A stretch of 64,000 nucleotides of DNA, taken from assembly GCA_965243735.1 (NCBI GenBank), contig CBDEVZ010000008.1:3995180-4059179 (forward strand), read 5' to 3'. The notes beneath the pieces were generated by a model. The model was not told the origin of the DNA and did not search any database. It was given only the letters and a program-made list of their open reading frames with translations. A program made the position numbers and the translations under genes. Below are positions 19,100-26,804 of the stretch, one piece after another. Position 1 is the first letter of the stretch, and the number at the start of each line of letters is the position of its first letter. Source of the DNA: an uncultured Candidatus Binatia bacterium. GTDB taxonomy: Bacteria > Desulfobacterota > Binatia > Bin18.

Positions 19100-20239
19100 T
19101 CACCGGAACTCGGCGACCGACAGCACCAGCCGCACCAGGTCCGCCTGCCGGGAGAGGGACAGCTTGTGGTAGATCCGCTTCAGGTGCCAATAGACGGTGC
19201 CCTCCGTGCGCCCCGTCGTCACGGCCATGTCGCGCACGGTCCGACCCTCGGCCAGCCAAACCGCGATGTGGCTCTCTGACGGGGTGAGGTCCAGGGTGCG
19301 GGCCACAAGGTCAGGATCCAGGCGGGGCTGATAGTTCGGTTCAACCAGCAGCACGAGCGCGGCGACCCACCGTGCCCCAAAGTCCAGTTGGAGCCCGCCC
19401 ACGGGGGTGACGTGGACCACGAAGGCCGGCAACAGGGACGCGCGGCGCAGCAGCATCGAGCCGCTGGCGGGGGTGCCGGCAGTCGGCAGGGCGCGCGCCA
19501 CCAGCCGCGCCAACTGGTCCTGCTCGGTCGGCACGGTGGCCCGCAACAGCCCCTCCGGGTCTGACACTCCATCGCCGCGCCGCAGGAGGTCCCGGGCGCG
19601 GTCATTGGCCTCGATGACCCGCCCCTGACGGTCCAACTGGATGACGCCCACCCGGGTGTTGTTGAGCAGGGCGGTCGCGGAGGCGTCGAAGGCGTCGGCG
19701 CGGACCAGCGCCTGGCGGACACGAACAAACTGGCGCAGATGGGGCAGCAGTCCTCTGATCAGCGCCACCTGCGGAGACCGCCAACCGTCCGGGGCGAGAG
19801 GCTCATAGAGGCCCCAGACCGTGCTGGAGCCGTCTGGCTCGATCAGGCGCACGTTCAGGCAATTCTGGCTGTTGTAGCGGGGCAGGATCTCGTTGTACAT
19901 CGGCGAGGTCTTCAGCTCCTCCTCGGTGTACAGGGCCGTGTTATGCACGAGCTGGCTGTCCGCCAGATGCCGGTAGCGCGGGACGCGTTCGTCCAGGGAA
20001 AAGTAGTGTTCGAAGTACTCGCGCTCCCAGTCGGTGAGGCGCTGCCCCCGGTGGTACACTCCCACGAAGCTACAGCCCCCCAGGGCCTCGTCCTGCAGGC
20101 CTCCGCCGACCGCCAGGACATGGCCCCACAGGCCGCAGGCCTCATCAATCAGGGCCGAGGCCACCGGCCACCGGCCGTCGTAGAGCATGGCGTCGTACAG
20201 CGCGGTAACGATCCGGTCAAAAGCATCTTGGTCACTCAT
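19100..20239 (-). CDS. LuxR-family transcriptional regulator with ~300-aa N-terminal domain of unknown function (paralog 1)
   Basis: C-terminal LuxR HTH (LTPSESHIAVWLAEGRTVRDMAVTTGRTEGTVYWHLKRIYHKL). Start MSDQDAFDRIV is preceded by GGAGG-N7. Roughly 75% identical to the paralog at 53333-54478. Confidence 0.8.
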   Translation of the reverse strand: MSDQDAFDRIVTALYDAMLYDGRWPVASALIDEACGLWGHVLAVGGGLQDEALGGCSFVGVYHRGQRLTDWEREYFEHYFSLDERVPRYRHLADSQLVHNTALYTEEELKTSPMYNEILPRYNSQNCLNVRLIEPDGSSTVWGLYEPLAPDGWRSPQVALIRGLLPHLRQFVRVRQALVRADAFDASATALLNNTRVGVIQLDRQGRVIEANDRARDLLRRGDGVSDPEGLLRATVPTEQDQLARLVARALPTAGTPASGSMLLRRASLLPAFVVHVTPVGGLQLDFGARWVAALVLLVEPNYQPRLDPDLVARTLDLTPSESHIAVWLAEGRTVRDMAVTTGRTEGTVYWHLKRIYHKLSLSRQADLVRLVLSVAEFR

Positions 20240-20385
20240 CACACAACCTCCTCTCTCTCCATCTCTCTCCATTGGCCTTGCCACGCTGCCCACGCGGCCG
20301 CGCCCGCCGGACCACAGGGTCCGTCACTCGGAACGGCGCGGGGAGCAGACATGAACAACATTAGCGCCCCCCTATACCTCATCTC

Positions 20386-20605
20386 TGCACATTTTGTTCC
20401 CCCAAAATTGGTGGATAAATAATAAATTTTAGGGGACTCAGCAAAAAAATTGGGGGGAATTTCAGACGTGTGGCCGGGAATCGTCAGCCCTCCAAAATTG
20501 GAGGGTTTGCAGTTCTATATAGATCATAAAAAGTTATATAAATCGAGATTTTCAGAGACCTACCAAAATTGGAGGCTTGACGGTTCTGTCCATCTTTCAC
20601 AGATT
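20386..20605. promoter_or_regulatory. AT-rich divergent control region. It has the conserved module CACATTTTGTTCCCCCAAAATTGGTGGA...GGGGGGAATTT, four AAAATTGG boxes, and a TTGACGG-N17-CAGATT promoter
   Basis: The 560-bp intergenic region is ~40% GC in a ~65% GC background. The module recurs at 53141-53197 (reverse complement), 55331-55400 and 61612-61680. The TTGACGGTTC...TCTTTCACA promoter recurs at 26601-26647. Confidence 0.5.
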
Positions 20606-20852
20606 GCTACCTAAGTGCAGTTGCAATCAATTATCAATTGAATCACTGAGGCTAAAAATTTTTGCACCCAGCGCCCCGCAGGACACGCGTCGTGTCGGGC
20701 TGGGACTCGAACGAACTCGAAGTGACCTGGAGCAATTCATAGAGGAGGGAGGAAGGAGTGAGGAATGAAGACTTAATCAACGGCACCTAGAGGAACGAAG
20801 ACAAGTGGAAATGACCAAAAACCATTCCAAGAACGCAAAAGGAGAGCACGGA

Positions 20853-22487
20853 ATGCATCGACCGACCCGACTCCGACCCCTGACCCTGACCTTGGCACTG
20901 GGAGCGCTGGTAGCCCTGTTCGGCGCTGGCGCAGCACACGCAACCGACCCCGAAGCCTGTTCCGCTGAGCCCGCGGATGAGGTCCCCTCGAACCGCGTCG
21001 CCCTCTTCGATGTCTACTGGAACAATAGTGACGATAGAAATGACCCGAATTCCAAAACCCTGGTCAACAATCCCTGCCCGCCGACAGTCAGCCATACAGC
21101 AGGTGGTACTGACCCGATTACCGGGCTACCGACACCACCAACCACCACCCGCACCGCCTCCGACATCCACATCGACCACACCATCATCCATATTCCCGAG
21201 TCGGCCAAGCGGACGGTAACCAATAGTAACAGCGAAGATTACGGCGGAGGCTTCTACAATTTCTTGCGCCGTGGGCCGGATGAAGAAAACGGAGATGCCT
21301 CATACGCACCTTCAGCCGAGGTGTATATTGTCCCCGCCTGCGAGAAGACGGCCACGAACCCGTCCCTCTGCCTGGGTGCTTCCGCCGGCCTGCTGACCCC
21401 CGGAGACTGGGCCCCGGACCCCGCGAACCGGAATGAGGGGACCAAGATCCAGTATGAGTTCGAGGCCATTCGGGAACCGGGACACGCCACGCAAGGCTGG
21501 GGCAATGTCTTTGTCTTCAAGATAGAAGAGGACCCAGAAATCCAAGCCCAGAGACCGAGGATAATCTGGCGCACCGACGATGCCGACGACAACGAGTGGA
21601 AGGTCGCCCCCGGTGCCTACGACTATGCCTACTGGGCCTTTACCGAACCGGGTACCTACGTGTTTCACGTCCACGCCAAAGGCCACCCCAATAAGCAGCG
21701 TACCGGCGGTCCCCTCACCACTGCCGACACCGTGACCAGCGAGGTACGGCGGTACACCTTCCAAGTGGGCAATTTGCCCGTGAACCATGAACCGCTCTTT
21801 AATGTTACGCGGAAGGTGACGGAAAACGCCCCCGCCGGGACCAACGTGGGAGAACCCATATTGGTGAAAGACCTGGACGCCGACACCCTGTGTTTCGCCC
21901 TGGACGGACTCGGCGCCCATGAGAACTTTACCATTAACGGCGCTGCGAACGCCGAGAAATGCGGCACGCTGACTGCCGTGAACAGATCCGGGAACGGCCA
22001 GATGAGGGCCCAGATTCAGGTCAAGGCGGGCGCGGATCTGGACTATGAGAGCATCGACTTTTACGACATCAAGTTGTTGGTGAGCGATGGCCAGGACCAT
22101 GAGGGCAATGTCGACCTGTCCACCATCGACGACAGCGTCATAGTGTCCATCAGCCTGAGAGATGACACGTCAGATAATCCGGAAGGACCCAGCAGGAATC
22201 CCTTCTCGGTGACGGCTGAGTACCCATCACCATCAGCAGGAGAGGCAGGGTTTGACTTGGTCGCGACGTGGAATGGCCCCGCAGCAGGTGCGACATTCAG
22301 GTGGTACCGCCTTCCCCATGGCGACGAGGGGTTTCAGGCTGGTACGGACAAAAGGATCACCGTGCGACCCGGCCATACGGGAGCGTGGGAATACTGGGCA
22401 CGGGTGACCTATCGGAATGGCGGTGTCACAAGGACGCGGGAATCCAATCGAGTGAGAGTCGTCTGGCCCTGGCCGTCATCTGAGTAA
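20853..22487 (+). CDS. Secreted cadherin-domain protein
   Basis: Signal peptide MHRPTRLRPLTLTLALGALVALFGAGAAHA. GGAGAG RBS. Cadherin-like repeat (NHEPLFNVTRKVTENAPAGTNVGEPILVKDLDADTL...DYESIDFYDIKLLVSDG). Confidence 0.8.
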   Translation: MHRPTRLRPLTLTLALGALVALFGAGAAHATDPEACSAEPADEVPSNRVALFDVYWNNSDDRNDPNSKTLVNNPCPPTVSHTAGGTDPITGLPTPPTTTRTASDIHIDHTIIHIPESAKRTVTNSNSEDYGGGFYNFLRRGPDEENGDASYAPSAEVYIVPACEKTATNPSLCLGASAGLLTPGDWAPDPANRNEGTKIQYEFEAIREPGHATQGWGNVFVFKIEEDPEIQAQRPRIIWRTDDADDNEWKVAPGAYDYAYWAFTEPGTYVFHVHAKGHPNKQRTGGPLTTADTVTSEVRRYTFQVGNLPVNHEPLFNVTRKVTENAPAGTNVGEPILVKDLDADTLCFALDGLGAHENFTINGAANAEKCGTLTAVNRSGNGQMRAQIQVKAGADLDYESIDFYDIKLLVSDGQDHEGNVDLSTIDDSVIVSISLRDDTSDNPEGPSRNPFSVTAEYPSPSAGEAGFDLVATWNGPAAGATFRWYRLPHGDEGFQAGTDKRITVRPGHTGAWEYWARVTYRNGGVTRTRESNRVRVVWPWPSSE

Positions 22488-22663
22488 TGACGGGTGGCTC
22501 TCCGGTTCCACGCCTTCTGCGACTTCCCGCTTGAGGCGTGGACCTGCCCGGCCCTCCGTTCGTCCTGAGCGTAGCGTAGTAAAGTCGAAGGGCGAACGGA
22601 GGGTCAGAGGTGCAGCAGGGCTACACCTCCCACACACGTAGAGCAAATACCAATGCTGTTCTC

Positions 22664-22747
22664 GTCATTCCTGCTTCCGCAGGAATCCAGCCCCCGACTT
22701 CCAGACCCCGGATCAAAGCCGGACCCCGGACATGATCCGGGGTCCGG
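22664..22747. repeat. Intergenic repeat family 2 (hairpins GTCATTCCTGC..GCAGGAATCCAG and CCCCGGACATGATCCGGGGTCCG)
   Basis: A second copy lies at 52626-52716. Both have the same two palindromic hairpins in the same order. Confidence 0.5.
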
Positions 22748-22757
22748 CAAGACGAGA

Positions 22758-25700
22758 GTGGTTATATTGCGTCGCTTGTTCATCTCTCTGCTGACCCTTG
22801 TCGGTGTTGCCCTGAGCGGGGCGGTTGTCGGCCCTGGCACGGCTCATGCGCAAGGGAGTGACATTGACTTGGCTGTCAGCATAGTCCTTCAGGACAACGT
22901 ACAAAATCCAACCATTACCGTTGCGAATTATGGGTCTGACAACGCGTACCATGTACGGGTTGTGATGAAGGTTGACGGCATTACGCTCGGTACTACGCTC
23001 GGCCGCCCATCGCCAGGCACCGTTGCGCTCCACCCAACTGATTCCACCACTACACTGATTTGGAGCATTCCCCGGATGCCGGGGAATAGAACCTCATACA
23101 AGTATCTATTACGCACGACAGCTTCGACTTCGATAACAGTGGTTCAATATACAGCTACAGTCCATAGTGGCGTTTTCCTTGAGCCCGAGGCATTGCGGCA
23201 CAACAACCACGCCGAAGTCTGGCAGCTGAGAATCTCTGGGACTCGGACCGAGACGCCGGACCCTACATACGCTATCGAGGCGACAGTTGACAATCGTTTT
23301 CCGCAGGCCCAAGGGAGCGTGACCTTTACGCTGGTTGCCAGAAACTTGGCAACGGGAGGCACTGTGGGTCATCTTTCAGATGCTCGGGTAGACGTTCTTC
23401 TGCCTGCGGGGGGCTTGACCTATACATCGCATACCGCTCCAACAGGCACCAGCTATGATTCCAACACCGGGATATGGACCATTGGCGATTGGCGACAGAC
23501 TACCGCCACCCACTCGCTAACGCTGACGGCGACGCTGGCCGCCGACGCCGTGCTGAATGAGCAATGTGTGACCGCGGAAATATCGGCCAAGCCACCGGAA
23601 CCAATTGACGAGACGGTGAACAACCGGAGTACGGTTTGTTTGGGGGTGCTCAACGAGCCCGTGCTGTTCCAGAGCGAGCAGGTTAACCTGTTCACCCCCT
23701 ACCCATGCGTTGGTAATACTACCTCCCCATGCAATAGCCAAGACACAGTGGAAATGCTCGCACTCAAAGCAGAAGGAGAGCAATATATTCTGCCTCAGGC
23801 CACTACCGTTCAAGTATTGGACCCCGAGGGGCGCATCGTTGACGGCGCGAATATCGCGTGGAGGATTCCCTCTAGTGACACTCTCACTTTGAAACCCTCT
23901 ATAGATAATAGCTTGCTCTCTTCTTCTGATTGGACCAAGTGGCTGTGGAAAATAGCAGCAGTGCAACTGCCGACTGGGGGGCACCTCTCCATCGGCCCAG
24001 CAACAAGTACCGCCTTCGCCTATGTACACACTGGGACCAAGGCCCAGCATCCGCCTGGCGGCCTCACAGCCCTGCCCGCGGCCCTGAAGACAGCAGTACC
24101 GGTATGGATCAAATTCGAGGCCCTGGGAACTTACATCGTAAACTTCACTCAGGCAACCGCCCACGCCACCGCTAGTGGCGACTGCGACACCGACGGTGAC
24201 AACACCAACGACGCCCTCTGCGCCACCGAGGCCTACACCTTCCATGTCGGCCCGGTGGCTGAGTTGGCCGTGCGCGACGACGGTCCCAGCCCGGACGCCA
24301 CCTCCAGCCAGCGTGCCTTCACCATCATGGCCCTCAATACCGGCCCGGACTCCGCCCCCGCGGCCAAGGTGACCGTGGACCTGCAAGGCGCCAGTGTCAG
24401 TCCGCCCATTGCCAGCCAGGGCACCTACCGCAGCGGCGAGTGGTTCCTAGGCGAGTTGCAGACCACAGACTACTACCAGACCCTTGGCCAAACCGCCGGC
24501 CCGACCCTGACCTTCATCACCACCGACCCCGTGGATGCCCCCATCACCGCCACCATCACCAACACCCAGGACTACCAGGTGTGCATCGACAGCAGCGGCA
24601 ACGACCTCAGCCACACCACCCAAGCCACCTGCGAAGCCGACACCACCAACGGCGGCAGTTGGCACACCGCCAAGTACTACGACTACATTTCCACCAACAA
24701 CACCGCCACCGTGACCGCGCAGACGGGAACAGCCCCCCCACAGGCGGACATCACCGTCGAGTGGACCGCGCCGGCGGATGTCACCGTGTCCCGCTACCAG
24801 GTCTGGCGCCAGGGCAGCCCCTGGAAGCTGATCGCGGAGGTGCCGACGGGCCAGACCAGTTACACAGACTCCACTGCCGAACCCGGCCGGGCGTATCTTT
24901 ACATGGTCCGGGCCATGGACGCCCAGGGCATCCCTGTGTCGTCAGAGACACTGGTGGCCGCACCACCCCAGACCGGCGGCCAGGGCGGCCAAGACGGTTC
25001 GGGCGGTTCGACCCGTCCTCCCCCGACCGACCACCACGGCAACAGTCCGGCCACCGCCACTCCCCTCGCCCCCACCGCCCGCGTCGGTGGCCTGCTGCAC
25101 TACGGCGACCAGGATTACTTTCGCCTCGTCCTGCCCCACACCGGCCTGCTGTACGTCGAGACCACCGGCTGGAGCAACACCGTCGGCACCGTCTGGCAAG
25201 GCGGCGTCGAACTGGGCAGCGCCGAACTGGGCGGGCGACTGTACAACTTCAAGCTCGGCGTGCCCGTCCAGCCCGGCCCGGTCGTCATCCGGGTGACTGA
25301 GCGGTCGCCGACCGCCTTCGGGACCTACCGCTTGTACACGCGCTTCATCGCCGGGGCGGTCGAGCAACCGCGCCCCATCACCGTGCAGAACGGCCTGGGT
25401 ATGGTAGCCGGCTGGCTGTGTAGTGAAGACCCCGTCGTCCTGGAAATCGACGGCCTGCCCTATCACCCGGCCCCGCAGCCCGCCCCGGTTCCTCCCCCAC
25501 TCCCCCACGTGGTCGGAACCGGCGGCTCCGGGCTGCCGCCCCGGGCGGTTGATCCCCACGAGCTGTGCGACGACACGGCCACCGGCTTTGGCCTGCCCGT
25601 CAACTGGAACCTGCTGGGCGACGGCCAGCACACCCTCATCGCCTACCTGGACGGCATCGAATTCGCCCGCACCCTCGTAGACGTGACGACCCTGGGCGAG

Positions 25701-26291
25701 GAGTTCGTCCACGACGCCCACGGCACCTGTAGCGTGGCCGACTTTCCGCTGCCCGACCACAGCGTCAGCCTGGTGTGGCAGGAAGCCGGCCAGCACTTCG
25801 CCCTGAGCGACGGCCAGCCCCCGCCGTCCGTCGGCGCCACCAGCGCCAGCGATGTGCTCGGCCGGCTGGAAACCCCCGCGCCCAGCTCCTTTCAGAGCGG
25901 CCGGGGCAGCATCAGCGGCTGGGTGTGCGACGCCGAGGCCGTCAGTGTCGAGATCAACGGCACGCCGTATCCGGTCGCCTACGGCACGGCGCGGTTGGAC
26001 GTGGCGGCGGTGTGTGAGACCCCGGCGCCCGGCTTTGGGCTGAGCCTCGACTGGAATCGGCTCGGGCCGGGCGACCACGAGGTCGTGGCCCTGGCCGACG
26101 GGGCGGAGTTCGGGCGGGCCACAGTGCGGGTGACGACCCTGGGCGCGGCGTTCGCGCGCGACGCCGAATCGGCGTTTATACGGGGGCTGGCCGGGGAATG
26201 CGTGGTGGAGGACTTTCCAGCGCCCGGCGAGGCCGTCCATCTGGAGTGGCAGGAGACCACCCAGAACTTCGTCATTACCGGCGTCGAGTAA
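22758..26291 (+). CDS. Giant secreted modular protein: DUF11 repeats - FN3 - PPC-like domain - tandem ~115-aa Cys-containing C-terminal domains
   Basis: Signal peptide (RRLFISLLTLVGVALSGAVVGPGTAHA). Start is uncertain, either GTG 22758 or TTG 22767. DUF11-like (G.W.IGDW...TLT). FN3. PPC motif HYGDQDYFRLVL. Two C-terminal repeats (SGWLC/SGWVC...GFGL..NWN/DWN.LG.G.H..VAL.DG.EF.R..V.VTTLG..F...G.C.V.DFP..G..V.L.WQE..QNF). Confidence 0.8.
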   Translation: MVILRRLFISLLTLVGVALSGAVVGPGTAHAQGSDIDLAVSIVLQDNVQNPTITVANYGSDNAYHVRVVMKVDGITLGTTLGRPSPGTVALHPTDSTTTLIWSIPRMPGNRTSYKYLLRTTASTSITVVQYTATVHSGVFLEPEALRHNNHAEVWQLRISGTRTETPDPTYAIEATVDNRFPQAQGSVTFTLVARNLATGGTVGHLSDARVDVLLPAGGLTYTSHTAPTGTSYDSNTGIWTIGDWRQTTATHSLTLTATLAADAVLNEQCVTAEISAKPPEPIDETVNNRSTVCLGVLNEPVLFQSEQVNLFTPYPCVGNTTSPCNSQDTVEMLALKAEGEQYILPQATTVQVLDPEGRIVDGANIAWRIPSSDTLTLKPSIDNSLLSSSDWTKWLWKIAAVQLPTGGHLSIGPATSTAFAYVHTGTKAQHPPGGLTALPAALKTAVPVWIKFEALGTYIVNFTQATAHATASGDCDTDGDNTNDALCATEAYTFHVGPVAELAVRDDGPSPDATSSQRAFTIMALNTGPDSAPAAKVTVDLQGASVSPPIASQGTYRSGEWFLGELQTTDYYQTLGQTAGPTLTFITTDPVDAPITATITNTQDYQVCIDSSGNDLSHTTQATCEADTTNGGSWHTAKYYDYISTNNTATVTAQTGTAPPQADITVEWTAPADVTVSRYQVWRQGSPWKLIAEVPTGQTSYTDSTAEPGRAYLYMVRAMDAQGIPVSSETLVAAPPQTGGQGGQDGSGGSTRPPPTDHHGNSPATATPLAPTARVGGLLHYGDQDYFRLVLPHTGLLYVETTGWSNTVGTVWQGGVELGSAELGGRLYNFKLGVPVQPGPVVIRVTERSPTAFGTYRLYTRFIAGAVEQPRPITVQNGLGMVAGWLCSEDPVVLEIDGLPYHPAPQPAPVPPPLPHVVGTGGSGLPPRAVDPHELCDDTATGFGLPVNWNLLGDGQHTLIAYLDGIEFARTLVDVTTLGEEFVHDAHGTCSVADFPLPDHSVSLVWQEAGQHFALSDGQPPPSVGATSASDVLGRLETPAPSSFQSGRGSISGWVCDAEAVSVEINGTPYPVAYGTARLDVAAVCETPAPGFGLSLDWNRLGPGDHEVVALADGAEFGRATVRVTTLGAAFARDAESAFIRGLAGECVVEDFPAPGEAVHLEWQETTQNFVITGVE

Positions 26292-26600
26292 GACGCCAAC
26301 GTATCCCCTCCACGGAGGGGGGGCCGACCCGGGGACCCCATCCTCCCCCCCGGCCCGCTGCCCTTTCCCCTCCGGGCAGCGGGAGCCCGGCCCATTCTCC
26401 CCCGGGCGGGGCGGGTGCCACAGCAGCCCGCTCCGAGAGGGGCTGCTGTGGCGGGAAAATCCCCCTCACTCCCCCTTTGTCAACTGCACATGGCGTCATA
26501 CAACGCCGCGAGGCTGCGCTCAAAGGCGTCTCGGTCACTCACCACATAGCCTCTTCGCTCCACCGCCCCGCCAAACGGCCCGTGTCCGCAGGATCGACTG

Positions 26601-26647
26601 CCCCCTAAAATTGGAGGCTTGACGGTTCCATCGGTCTTTCACAAATT
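26601..26647 (+). promoter_or_regulatory. Conserved promoter CCCCCTAAAATTGGAGGCTTGACGG-N17-CAAATT upstream of the NHL-repeat gene
   Basis: Same AAAATTGGAGGCTTGACGGTTC...TCTTTCACA architecture as 20561-20605. Followed by a ~160-nt conserved leader. Confidence 0.45.
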
Positions 26648-26804
26648 AAATGAGATAAAGTTGCAATTACATATTAATGTCAATTAAGTCCTTACCTGTC
26701 CAGTGGAGGCCCTGACTGCGTACTGAGGCCCGCGGTCCCCGAACCGAGCGCTCGGTAAGACCAACGTCATACTGGGTGAAGGTGGAGGACCGGAGGAGCA
26801 AGAG

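Noticed and set aside
20401-20412. CCAAAATTGG as a palindromic operator
   Set aside because: The reverse complement is CCAATTTTGG, so the box is not self-complementary. It was treated as a direct-repeat box instead.
22653-22757. Upstream ATG start (22653) for the DUF11/FN3 giant protein
   Set aside because: That extension translates through the family-2 repeat hairpins (MLFSSFLLPQESSPRLPDPGSKPDPG...). The hydrophobic signal peptide begins at about 22758-22770.
26419-26450. Hairpin CACAGCAGCCC...GGGCTGCTGTG after the DUF11/FN3 gene as an intrinsic terminator
   Set aside because: It is not followed by a U-tract (GCGGGAAAAT). It may still be a Rho-dependent or REP-type structure, but there is not enough support to annotate it.
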